From NCBI GenBank assembly GCA_044222185.1, contig JBGANV010000003.1:416001-480000 (forward strand): a stretch of DNA of 64,000 nucleotides. The letters run 5' to 3'. This DNA comes from Planctomycetota bacterium (GTDB lineage Bacteria; Planctomycetota; GCA-002687715; CAIWVZ01). Position numbers and translations under genes: made by a program. This document shows, one piece after another, positions 47,801 through 56,338 of this stretch. The stretch's first letter is position 1. Each line of letters starts with the position of its first letter. Under the pieces are notes generated by a model, which saw only the letters and a list, made by a program, of their open reading frames with translations, was not told where the DNA came from and did no database searches.

Positions 47801-47885
47801 GGGTGGCACGGGTGGCCTCGGGGGCCTCTCGGCGGGTGTTCGCGCCGGATTCGGGCAGACTGGCGCCACGGGCACGGTCTACTGA
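44829..47885 (+). CDS. Secreted FG-GAP (integrin-alpha-like) repeat protein with DUF1565-like and glycine-rich regions
   Basis: Signal peptide PAGA|Q. Repeated GD(L/V)DGDG..E.VVGA Ca-binding motifs. YVSASSGSD.N.G..GTPVATI..AL. Long G-rich C-terminal part. Confidence 0.9.
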   Translation: MEPRRRIPILLVTALLIAPAGAQSLIQQFVGAPGDQLGATVGALGDLDHDGWNEVIVGSPHVGKAVVYNGRTWAVMHTVTGPASDRFAAVVGSAGDFDGNGTSDFFVSSPDYSSPLGQPFVGRVQIWSGSTGVPLATIQFGVSNSHFGTSVLSIGDVDGDGRSEIVVGAANYFNNRGTLRAYRGGTATQYWGFDNATNDQFLGTSLASLGDVDGDGRTDFVVGASGTLTFPSAPGFFRVYSSATLTELGTEYAASLQTGFGSFVAGIGDLDGDGRSEILAGSAPLNGTLLPEARIYRFAGFDLLHVLPGRIGGAGAVGDLDGDARSEFIVASPTANGSGSLGLYSGASFLPLRSWQGTAAESLGAAAAVIHGVSGPAPLAIVGAPFSSAGGTASGAARIINLGTYPGSGRDFVLGTAVNQPGATPVTSARDVFDLGDTDALTLRFFSPAGTAAQDPLYIAVMPFATGAYPGPTAGFPSIALNLAPQNPVVLLSGTAGTPLGATTLSTSGFTLSAQGWCDLGDTSYLVQAAVTDPSLPGGFATTNAVELRAADCPVYVSASSGSDANAGDRGTPVATIARALQIVQSFGVLPSGRHRPIRIASGDYTVGATTISIPVDMQGSLNATTWLPESTVTTTWHVPSSGARFHGITGSSTVKRIRFIAAPGADGGTFLSVPAESSIAVRVTSCPNGPRFEGCEFRAANGGNGQTGFTGSAGAPGAAGSSGIAGSFCHGNAFCRAAGGVHGSGGTAAQDGGDGGTGGFWAENGSSGTSAPAGACGGAGGQYVTCDNGYFGTSGCWGSTGAHGGMGGAALLGYATAIGFDVGVPGTAGSHGSNGTAGGGGGGGSGGAGGCFVGAHGGGGGGGGAAGIGGSPGSGGGNGGASFAVFIWGALPTFDGCLFAAAQGGSGGTGGSGGAGGAGGVGGIGGDGDIFTVPPFNAVVAGGPGGSGGSGGSGGAGGAGQGGHGGPSFCVYRALGAFPVLTNPTYVTGMGGTGGLGGLSAGVRAGFGQTGATGTVY

Positions 47886-47912
47886 GATTGCCTGCGCCGG
47901 ACGATCATCCAC

Positions 47913-48545
47913 TCACTCCGTGCGGAGGTCGTCGAAGACGGATCCCGGGAGGCGCTCGCGCAGCCGTGCGAGCGCCCGGTGGTAGCGAACCGACGCGGCG
48001 TTCGTCGTGATGCCGAGCTGCGCCGCCGCGTCGACGAGCTCGGCCTGCTCGATCCCCCGCAGCACGATGATCGCACGATCGTCTTGCGACAGTTCGTCGA
48101 GCGCACAGAGCACGAGGTCACGTCGCTCGGATCGGGATGCACGCGTGACGACGCCGGACGCCTCCAGAGCGGTCGGGGTGCGAATGCCTGGCGCCGACGG
48201 ATCGAGACTCACGACCTCGCGGCCATCCTTCGCGTGCTTCTGGAGAAGGTTGCCCATCACGTGTCTCAACGCCGTCGTGAGGAACCGCAGGAGCACGGGG
48301 GTGAGTCTTCCCTCCCGCTCGGGCATCTTCCCGAGCCTCGGCAACGTCACGCACCACACCTCGGCGGCGACGTCCTCCGGATCGTAGAGTGCGCGCAGCC
48401 TCGGCCCCAAACGATACTCGGCGTTCGCGCGCAGGAGCGGCGTGAAGCGGTTCACGATCCAGTTCGCGGCGTCCGAGCTGCCGCGCGCCGCGGAGCGCAG
48501 GTGGGCCGAGGTCAGGTCGGCGGCGGGATCTTCGGGGGCGGACAT
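47913..48545 (-). CDS. ECF RNA polymerase sigma factor (paralog of 16818-17471)
   Basis: PLLRANAEYRLG..DPEDVAAEVW and LSQDDRAIIVLRGIE...LGITTNAASVRYHRALARLR. Directly downstream of a kinase gene. Confidence 0.92.
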   Translation of the reverse strand: MSAPEDPAADLTSAHLRSAARGSSDAANWIVNRFTPLLRANAEYRLGPRLRALYDPEDVAAEVWCVTLPRLGKMPEREGRLTPVLLRFLTTALRHVMGNLLQKHAKDGREVVSLDPSAPGIRTPTALEASGVVTRASRSERRDLVLCALDELSQDDRAIIVLRGIEQAELVDAAAQLGITTNAASVRYHRALARLRERLPGSVFDDLRTE

Positions 48546-48580
48546 GACGGCGCGCGAGCGTACCACGCGGCCGAATCACC

Positions 48581-51500
48581 TCATGGCTTCGACCCCAGCT
48601 CCTCAGCCTCGATGATGAGTCGCTGAACGTCCGGCTCGCTTCGATCGGGGGCTCGCTTCGCCGCGTCGAGCCGTTCGAGGCCGGAATCGCGAGCCCCCTG
48701 CCTGAGCTTGACCATGGCCTGGATCACCAGATCCGCGCCCAGCGCCACGGCGTCCTTCCCGCGCAGCTTGAAGCCCTCCTCGGTGGCCAGGAACGCCGCG
48801 TCGAAGTTCCCGAGACGATACTCGACGAGAGCGAGCGTGTTGCGGAGCCCCCAGCTGTCGGGCCTGGACCGGATGGCCGACAACGCCGCCGCACGACCGG
48901 CGAGGAGTTCCTCCTGGCTCCGTCCGGGATGGAGCGCAGCACCCCAGGCGAGGTTGTTGAGCATGGACGGGTGATCACCGGCGATCCGCGCGCGTGCAGC
49001 GGCCGCCGCGCGAATCTCCGGCGGCGCCGTCGTGCACGCCAGGAGCCCTCGCTCGAGCGCATCCGACGTGACTTGGGACGCGGCCGGCTGAGTCACGATC
49101 AAACGCGCCGCACGTTCGACGAGGTCACACGCTGCGCATCCGGATGCCGGTGCTCCGGCGTCGAAGGCCGCCAGTCCCAGCGCGCCTCCGCTCGCCGACA
49201 GGTTACGCCGCGTCCAAACCAGCGACACCGGCGCCAGCCCCGCGGCGCGCAACCGCAACGGCTCACGCTCCAGACGCACGTCGAGGATGCAGACGGCGCC
49301 GTCCTCGAAGCCAACCGCCAGACGATCGTCGTCGACGGAGAACACGGCCGACGCAGCAGACGGCGTCGCGACCCGCCGCGCGCCGAGCTGCGCGCCTGAA
49401 GACGCATCCCAGACGATGACGACGCCCGACGCGTCGGCCGACGCGAGCCGGCTTCCATCGTGCGACCACGCGATGGCTCGAACGGTCGCGCGGTGCCCGC
49501 GCAACTCGCGAAGCGCGTCTCCGGAGTTCGCGTCCCAAAGCCGTACGGTCGAGTCGCGCTCGCCGTCCGGGATCGGCATCGTCGTGCCGGCAAACGCGCC
49601 GCCACCACCGGAACCCGATGCCAGGACGCGACCGCTGGGATCGAACGCCATCGCGCGGATCGCCGAGCGGTGGCCGGCGAACCGCGTCGCGCGGCGCTCG
49701 ATCCGCGAGTCGAAGGCGATGATCGCCCCGCCGGCCAGGCCTGCGCATACGCCCGACCCGTCCGGTGCCACCGCGAGGGCCGTCGCCGACTCCCGTGTCG
49801 GCGCCCGGATCCGTCCCGTGGGATCTCCGCCCGGTGTCATTCGATACAGGCCACCGCGCACGCCCGACGCGAAGACGTACGCGCCGTCGCCGGACCAGGC
49901 CACGGCTTGGAACAGATCCTCGGAAACGTAGTCGCAGGACTTCAGCGCGCCGGTCGCCGCGTCCACCACGCGGATCGAACCCCAGCCCGCGCACGCGAAC
50001 GCGTGACCATCCGGGGACGGCGCCGACGCGAACACACCGTCGGCATGGAGAGGGACCGCACGAACCTCCGGGCCCGTGCGTGGGTCGAAGATGCGGATCG
50101 AGCCGTCGGACGCTCCGACGAAGACACCGCCCAGCTCCGGCAGGAATCGGACGCACACGGCGCCATCCTGCGGCGCGCACAGCCGGCTGATCCTCACGCC
50201 GGATGCGGCGTCCAGTCGGAGGACGCCCGCGCTCCCGATCGCGAAGAGCGAATCTCCGTGGTCATCGGCGTCGATCGCCGCAGGTACGGCCGTGGTGTCC
50301 CGCGACGTCCACGTCGTCGTGCCGGTCGTGACGTCGATTCGCGAGATGGTCGCTTCGGCACTCCCCACGGCCGTGATCAGCGTTCCCCGCCCGATGAAGC
50401 TCGCGTAAGGCGCCGTGCTGCGCCAGATCTCGCTCCAGTCCGTCACGCGCATGAGGCGCGCCGTCGTTCCGCCGGAAACCAGGCACCGCGTTCCGGCCGC
50501 GTCGAACGTGATCCGCGCGACGGGGTCGTGGTCCACTCGCGATTCGTGCACGGTCTCGCCGGTGCGGCCGTCGAGGGCGACGAAGCGCCGGTCCCGGCCG
50601 TAGGCTGCCACGAGGAGCCCGTCCCGCGTGATTCCGAGCGCCTCGATCCCGGCGAGATCCGCGCGCGTCCACCGCGTCCGACCCGAACGAACCTCCACCA
50701 TCCGGACGGGGTCGGCCGTGACGAGTGCGTCGGCCAGGTCGGCCGTTGCAATCACGCGCGTCGAGGCCAGATCGTCAGTGACGGCGGACTCGAACGCCGG
50801 ATCGTCGGGGTCCACGCGCACGAGCGAGCCGTCGGCGGTTCGCGCGATCAGTCCCGTTCCCGGGCTGCCGTCGACCAGCACGGCCTGGCCCGCCCCCGGA
50901 GGGCGGACCACGCGCACGGCGCGATTCACGCTCCCGTTCAGCCACTCCCACTCGAAGCCGCGGAGATCCACCGGTGTCGATCGGAGAAAGCGCCCGGCCG
51001 AGACGTCGTCTCCGGCCTCGTGTGCGGCGAGGGCGGCCGCCAGCGCGGCCGAATACTGGAGCGGTGCCGCAGCCGCCTTCTCGGACAAGAGGTCGCGACC
51101 TCGCGCCTCCGCCTCTCGCCACCACGCGAGCGTCGTCGCCAGCCCGACGACCAACACCAGGATGGCTGCCGAAAGGCTCGCAGCGGCCGGAGGGTTTCTC
51201 TGGGCCCAGCGAAGGAGGCGGGTCAGCGATGGCGTCGGTCGCGCACGGATCGGCTCGTGCTCGCGGACGCGCCGCAAGTCCTCCGCCAACGCGAGCGCCG
51301 TGGGATAGCGAGCGTCCGGTCGCTTGGACGTCGCCGTGGAGATGACGACGGACAAGTCCCTGGAGATCGCGCGGTTCAAGAGACGCGGATCCGAGGCCTC
51401 GTCATCGAGGATGGCGCGGAACAGCGCCTCGCGATTGGCGCGTTCGTGCGGGCGTCTCCGCGTCGCGGCTTCGTAGAGCACGGCGCCGAGCGCGTAGACG

Positions 51501-52285
51501 TCCACGCGCCTGTCGTGGACTCCGCTCCCGCCCTGGATCTGCTCGGGCGCCATGTACGCCGGGGTCCCGACGCCGCAACCGGATCCCGTGAGCGTCGTGG
51601 ACGTCAGGTCCTGCGCAAGGCCGAAGTCGAGAAGCACGGGGTCGCCGGATGGCAGCACCATGATGTTGCCCGGCTTGACGTCCCGATGGACGACGCCCGC
51701 TTCGTGAGCCGCGTGGAGCGCGCGCGCCGCGGATTCGACGACTCGGATCGCGAAGGCGACGTCGGATGCGTCGGGAGGCTTGCCGGCATCCAGCCCGCGC
51801 TGGATCCGTCGCGCGAGCGTCTCGCCTTCGACGTGCCGCATGGCGATGTAGGCCATGCGCCCCGCGAACCCGGCGTCGTAAACAACGCAGATCCCCGGGT
51901 GGTCAAGCCGCGAGACGAGCTCGGCCTCACGGCGGAAACGCGCGAGCGCGGTCTCGAACCACGCCCCGGACCCCGACAGACACTTCAGCGCCACCTTGCG
52001 CCCGAGGCGCTCGTCGACGGCGAGGTGGACGACGCCCTGTCCGCCACGGCCCAACTCGCCCATCAGCGTGTAAGGGCCCACGTGGGAGTCGTCGTTGGCC
52101 AAAGGCGGCGACGGCGGCTCGCCGCCAGCGAGCTCGAGCTCGGCAAACGCTTCGGCGACGCTCTCCTGCGCGTCGGCGAAGATCTCCAGATACTCGCCGA
52201 GCGTTCGGATGCGCTGCGCCTGCCGGTCCTCGAGGTAGAGGCGGATGAACCGAAGCAGGGCAGGCTGATGGTCCTCATGGGACAT
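48581..52285 (-). CDS. Transmembrane Ser/Thr kinase with WD40/PQQ-like propellers and C-terminal TPR
   Basis: GRGGQGVV, VALK, RFRREA, HRDVKPGN, DFGLA and GTPAYMAPE. TM segment. LRGFEWEWL, GH...R.IAWS.DG..LAS, LNNLAW and NTLALVEYRLG. Confidence 0.95.
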   Translation of the reverse strand: MSHEDHQPALLRFIRLYLEDRQAQRIRTLGEYLEIFADAQESVAEAFAELELAGGEPPSPPLANDDSHVGPYTLMGELGRGGQGVVHLAVDERLGRKVALKCLSGSGAWFETALARFRREAELVSRLDHPGICVVYDAGFAGRMAYIAMRHVEGETLARRIQRGLDAGKPPDASDVAFAIRVVESAARALHAAHEAGVVHRDVKPGNIMVLPSGDPVLLDFGLAQDLTSTTLTGSGCGVGTPAYMAPEQIQGGSGVHDRRVDVYALGAVLYEAATRRRPHERANREALFRAILDDEASDPRLLNRAISRDLSVVISTATSKRPDARYPTALALAEDLRRVREHEPIRARPTPSLTRLLRWAQRNPPAAASLSAAILVLVVGLATTLAWWREAEARGRDLLSEKAAAAPLQYSAALAAALAAHEAGDDVSAGRFLRSTPVDLRGFEWEWLNGSVNRAVRVVRPPGAGQAVLVDGSPGTGLIARTADGSLVRVDPDDPAFESAVTDDLASTRVIATADLADALVTADPVRMVEVRSGRTRWTRADLAGIEALGITRDGLLVAAYGRDRRFVALDGRTGETVHESRVDHDPVARITFDAAGTRCLVSGGTTARLMRVTDWSEIWRSTAPYASFIGRGTLITAVGSAEATISRIDVTTGTTTWTSRDTTAVPAAIDADDHGDSLFAIGSAGVLRLDAASGVRISRLCAPQDGAVCVRFLPELGGVFVGASDGSIRIFDPRTGPEVRAVPLHADGVFASAPSPDGHAFACAGWGSIRVVDAATGALKSCDYVSEDLFQAVAWSGDGAYVFASGVRGGLYRMTPGGDPTGRIRAPTRESATALAVAPDGSGVCAGLAGGAIIAFDSRIERRATRFAGHRSAIRAMAFDPSGRVLASGSGGGGAFAGTTMPIPDGERDSTVRLWDANSGDALRELRGHRATVRAIAWSHDGSRLASADASGVVIVWDASSGAQLGARRVATPSAASAVFSVDDDRLAVGFEDGAVCILDVRLEREPLRLRAAGLAPVSLVWTRRNLSASGGALGLAAFDAGAPASGCAACDLVERAARLIVTQPAASQVTSDALERGLLACTTAPPEIRAAAAARARIAGDHPSMLNNLAWGAALHPGRSQEELLAGRAAALSAIRSRPDSWGLRNTLALVEYRLGNFDAAFLATEEGFKLRGKDAVALGADLVIQAMVKLRQGARDSGLERLDAAKRAPDRSEPDVQRLIIEAEELGSKP

Positions 52286-52345
52286 GGGCCACGCATCCTA
52301 ATCGCGCAGTGGCGCGATCGTCACGGTGCGGCGTGACGGAGTGCC

Positions 52346-53374
52346 TCAGGGAGAGAACGTGACGTCGTCGAAGATCGCGACGATGCTGGCCGGCGCCGAG
52401 TTCGAGTAGACCATCGCGCCGACCTGGACGGTCGCCGCGAACTCCGGATGGAGGTGACTGCGCAGAAGCGTCCACGAGGTCGCGCCGACGGCCCGGAAGT
52501 AGAGGGCGATCAGCGCGCCTTGCCGTGTGATCCGCAGCTCGCCGTCCGGAGTCGAGATCGGGTAGAGGATGAAATCCGAGGATGAGGCCACCGTCGTCTT
52601 GTCCTCCGCCGCGACGGGCACGGCCGCGGTCCCCGCACCGAGTGCCACGTGGGCGGAGTTCCGATTCCCGGGAACGGAGTTCGGATCGCGCACGATCAGC
52701 CCGCCGAGGCGGTACGGAAACGGAGGCGGCTGAGTCGGAGCCAGCGGATTCCGCGCGTGGATGGTCGCCGTCACGGTGAAGTCGCCCGTGACCGATTTGT
52801 AGACCATGGGACCCTCGCCGTCCGCGAACCACGTGGCGGCGTTACCCGTCGCGAGCGGCTGGAGCCGGAGCGATCCGCCCGTGACGGTGATCTGTACCAG
52901 CCCCGGATTCCAGACGCTCCAGCTCGATGAGAGCGTCGAACCCGTGAACGTGTCGCTCAGTGCCGAGAGCGTCTGCACCGACGTCTGGAACGGCGTCGTC
53001 TTCGCGAGGGTCACACCGCCGGCCCCGCTGCTGACGACGACCGCCTGAGCGAACACGGTGAGGAGAGGGATCGCCGGAGGAACCACCGTCGCGAACGTCG
53101 CGCCGCCACCCGCGTCGGCCGGCGTCACGGAGAGGATCGTCACGGGCTCCAGGACGTCGAGGCACAGCGTCGTCGGTGGAAAGCACGTGCCTGAACCGAT
53201 GCCGGTCAACGAGAGGAGAAACGCCACGTCGGCACCTGGAATGGCGCCGCTCACTTGCAGTGCGGCCGGTTGGCCGAGGATCAGATCGGTGTGGGTCAGC
53301 GACTGGGCGCGGACCAGGCCGGCAGTGTGAACCGTCGCCGCGACCACGAGGACGAAGGCCTGAAGGCGTTGCAT
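52346..53374 (-). CDS. Secreted protein with lineage-specific N-terminal module and concanavalin/DUF1349-like domain
   Basis: Signal peptide VRA|Q. SDTFTGSTL..SW, YKSVTGDFTVTA, GGLIVRD, LRITRQG and VQVG. Confidence 0.8.
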   Translation of the reverse strand: MQRLQAFVLVVAATVHTAGLVRAQSLTHTDLILGQPAALQVSGAIPGADVAFLLSLTGIGSGTCFPPTTLCLDVLEPVTILSVTPADAGGGATFATVVPPAIPLLTVFAQAVVVSSGAGGVTLAKTTPFQTSVQTLSALSDTFTGSTLSSSWSVWNPGLVQITVTGGSLRLQPLATGNAATWFADGEGPMVYKSVTGDFTVTATIHARNPLAPTQPPPFPYRLGGLIVRDPNSVPGNRNSAHVALGAGTAAVPVAAEDKTTVASSSDFILYPISTPDGELRITRQGALIALYFRAVGATSWTLLRSHLHPEFAATVQVGAMVYSNSAPASIVAIFDDVTFSP

Positions 53375-53441
53375 GCGTGGAAACCTCGGGGGCGTGGTGA
53401 GTCTACACGACCGCGCAGGCATGGTGCAGCCGCACCGGGCG

Positions 53442-55160
53442 TCACGACTTCTCGAAGCGCTGCACCGACCTTCCGTTCACCGTCACGACCAGTGCGACCG
53501 GACGACCATCCTTCCAGACGACCTCCAGCGGAGACTCCGTCGTCCCCTTGTCCCAGTCGAACGCGGAGAGCCGCGTCCTCGTCGTGGGTGCGACGCGGCG
53601 CTCGGAGCCGAATCGCGGGCCGGTCAGGTTGAAGCCGCTCAGTCGGCCGTGGTCGATCACCACCGTCGCCCGCGAAACGCCGCGGGACGGCCGTGGCGCG
53701 AAGGTGACCTCCGTCACGCCTTCGCTCGGCGACTGCGTACCGATGGGATCCCACTCGTCGATCACACCGAGCGGGGCGACGAAGCCGGGCCAGTGCAGGC
53801 TCACGAGGTCGTCGGGCCAACGCGACGGCAGTCCATCGCGCACGACTCTCCGGATCGGCGCGGCATCCTTTGCGATCAGCGCCGCGATGACGGTGCGAGC
53901 CACCTCGACCGCAGGCTGCGCCTCGGCACGCCCACCCGAGAGCCACCGGGACGCGTCCACGCCCTCGGCTCCCACGAGGAAGCCGCCGCCGTCGCGCTCG
54001 AGGACGAGCCGCTCTCCGGCCGCCGATGCGTACGTCCCAGATAGCGACGTCAGTTCCGCATCCGACAAGTTTGCGAGTGCCGGTGGCTCGGGGCACTGCG
54101 GCTGCCCGTCGAACATGGCGGCCTCGAGGCTCCACGCCGGCATCCACGGCGGGACGACGTCGGTGTTGGCGAGCACGACGATCACGACCTTCTCCTCGGG
54201 GAAGATCTGGAACTCCGAACGAAAGCCCTTCACGTCCCCTCCGTGGGAGATCCGGTGCGTCTTGCGGGCGGTCGTCGTGACTCCCCACCCCAGGCCCTGG
54301 TCCTTCACGCTCTCCGTCTGCATCAATCGAACGCTTTCGGGTTTCAGCACGCGCCCGCCCTCGAACGCGACGGCGAACCGGACCAGGTCGTTCGCCGACG
54401 CCACGATCCCCCCGATCCCCTTGTAGTGCCATCCGAACGTCCCGTAGGGATGCTCTGCGGCGTAACGCACCGCGGCGCCCGCGGCGTAGCCGATGGCCTG
54501 CCGCTCCTTCGGCATCGCATCCCCGGTGAATCCGGTGTCGACGAGTCCGGCCGGCGCGAAGACGTTCTCGCGGCAGTAGTCGAGGAAGGGCTTCCCGGAA
54601 ACCCGCTCCACGAGTGCGCCGAGGATCGCGAACCCGCCGTTCCAATACTCGAACGTCTTGCCGGGCCGGTGCGCTCGTGGCGGTTTCAGATAGGCGGCCA
54701 CGGCTACGTCACGATCGTCGCCGCGGCCGTCGGCGGCGCTTCGCGGCATCCCGGACGTGTGCGTGAGAAGGTGTCGCACCGTGATGTCGGATTTGTCCCC
54801 GGGCACGCCGGAAAGATGGCGAGAGATCGGATCGTCGAGCTTGATGCGCCCGGCCTCGACCAGCTTCATGACGGCGCACGCCGTGAACGGCTTCGTGACG
54901 GATGCGATCTCGAAGAGGGTGTTCTCGTCGATTCGCCGGCCCGACGTGCGATCAGCCAACCCGCCACGACCCGTGAACACGACCAGTCCGTCCTTGGCGA
55001 CGAGGGCGACGCCGGAGAACCCGAACGCCGTGCAGGCAGCGAAATAGGCCTCCATGCGCGCCGCTTGGGCCGACTGGGATGGCGCCGGCTCGGCGATCGT
55101 GACGACGAGCAACGCGGCAGCTGCCCACGTCCTGGCACCTGAACGAAGCGTCTTGTGCAT
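53442..55160 (-). CDS. Secreted serine hydrolase (beta-lactamase class C-related)
   Basis: FEIASVTK (SxxK), LLTHTSGM, FEYWN (YxN) and HGG. Signal peptide present. Confidence 0.93.
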   Translation of the reverse strand: MHKTLRSGARTWAAAALLVVTIAEPAPSQSAQAARMEAYFAACTAFGFSGVALVAKDGLVVFTGRGGLADRTSGRRIDENTLFEIASVTKPFTACAVMKLVEAGRIKLDDPISRHLSGVPGDKSDITVRHLLTHTSGMPRSAADGRGDDRDVAVAAYLKPPRAHRPGKTFEYWNGGFAILGALVERVSGKPFLDYCRENVFAPAGLVDTGFTGDAMPKERQAIGYAAGAAVRYAAEHPYGTFGWHYKGIGGIVASANDLVRFAVAFEGGRVLKPESVRLMQTESVKDQGLGWGVTTTARKTHRISHGGDVKGFRSEFQIFPEEKVVIVVLANTDVVPPWMPAWSLEAAMFDGQPQCPEPPALANLSDAELTSLSGTYASAAGERLVLERDGGGFLVGAEGVDASRWLSGGRAEAQPAVEVARTVIAALIAKDAAPIRRVVRDGLPSRWPDDLVSLHWPGFVAPLGVIDEWDPIGTQSPSEGVTEVTFAPRPSRGVSRATVVIDHGRLSGFNLTGPRFGSERRVAPTTRTRLSAFDWDKGTTESPLEVVWKDGRPVALVVTVNGRSVQRFEKS

Positions 55161-55437
55161 CCGATGTGTCCGTATCCTGCGCGGTCCGCCGGTTCACGCG
55201 CGGCGCCGCCACGCGGCGGCGGCCCGGCGCGAACCTCAGGTGTGCGGCGGCGACGCCGCTCGGCCACCGTTTCTCGATCGACGGCGGGCGCCCCCTGTGG
55301 AGTCGCCCGCCCGTACCTGGAACACTGCTCGCCGCGTCCGGACTCGTCGCGCACTCGTGCGGCTTTCTCCGGCGCGGCCACATCCTACCCAGACCGAACC
55401 CGCCCGGCTCAGCCACCGTGCGGCGAGGATCCACCGC

Positions 55438-56043
55438 ATGAGCCCGGCCACTGACTTCTGGAACTGGTTCGCCGCCAACGAACGACGCTTCCGTGACCTC
55501 GAGGGACCGAACGAGGAAGCGCTGCTCGACGAGATCCTCGAACGGATCACACGCGTGGATCCGAACCTCTATTTCGAGATCGGACTGCCCGACGACGGGC
55601 CGCTCGAGTTCGTCGTCACGGCGCAGGGCGATGCCGCGCTCTTTCCCAAGGTGCGCGAGCTCGTCGGCGTCGCGCCGAACATCCCCGGGTGGAACATCGT
55701 CGGTCCCAAGCCACCTCAGGGATTCGACACGGTCGTATCCCCTGCCGGCGTCGAGCTGGACCCGGGCGAGTGCTGGTTCGTCCCGTTCGAACCCGAGGAG
55801 TCGCCCACGGAACTCGGGCTGCTCCTCGTCGGGCCCGGTTACTCGGACGAGACGCGCGACGACTTCGCCGCGGCGATGTGCCAGATCATCGAGGAAGGCC
55901 TGGGCGAGGTCTCGGCGGCAGAAGACATCCAGTTCGTCGAGTTCGGCCCACTGCCCGATGACCCCGCCGCGGACGGCTTCATCGAACTCATGGAACTCGA
56001 GAGCTACATCACGCAACGCAAGACGCGCCGCGCGGCGAAATAG
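55438..56043 (+). CDS. Acidic hypothetical protein (FW.WF N-terminus, DUF695/immunity-like)
   Basis: MSPATDFWNWF..., EFVVTAQG, V..AP.IPGW and EGLGE. Strong GC3 coding pattern. Confidence 0.75.
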   Translation: MSPATDFWNWFAANERRFRDLEGPNEEALLDEILERITRVDPNLYFEIGLPDDGPLEFVVTAQGDAALFPKVRELVGVAPNIPGWNIVGPKPPQGFDTVVSPAGVELDPGECWFVPFEPEESPTELGLLLVGPGYSDETRDDFAAAMCQIIEEGLGEVSAAEDIQFVEFGPLPDDPAADGFIELMELESYITQRKTRRAAK

Positions 56044-56338
56044 CGCCGAGCTGAGCGCGCGCGGTCGCCAGCGACGCGCACGCACCACGAGCCGACGGCG
56101 GCCGCTCCGTGCGCAACCGCACGCGGCGCAGCACGCTCGCACGACGCCGGTTTCGGAGAAGCGTTCCCTCAGCGCCGCTTTGCCGCGCCATCACTCGAAG
56201 GCGCGACGCGAACTCGAACTTCTCCGGCCCCACACCGGCTCTTTACGAAGGGCCGCCAAGACATAACCTCGTCTCCCCGAACCCGATCAGGGTTCGCGTT
56301 TCACCCAGCCCCCTGCGCAATCACAAACAGGAAGTCTC

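Noticed and set aside
46930-47880. Mycobacterial PE-PGRS gene
   Set aside because: No PE domain. The protein has a Sec signal and FG-GAP repeats, so the similarity is only compositional.
3952-52336. Long antisense ORFs (e.g. 3952-6234, 10077-12440, 33593-35485, 45153-47912, 49460-52336)
   Set aside because: These are shadow frames of real genes on the opposite strand, expected at high GC3. Their translations are Arg/Ala/Gly-rich with no motifs.
7788-55437. Extended N-termini from the ORF track (e.g. starts 6981, 7788, 12856, 17354, 20161, 25810, 33294, 41793, 55054)
   Set aside because: They overlap neighbouring genes or precede clear signal peptides and RBS/-10 elements, so downstream starts were chosen.
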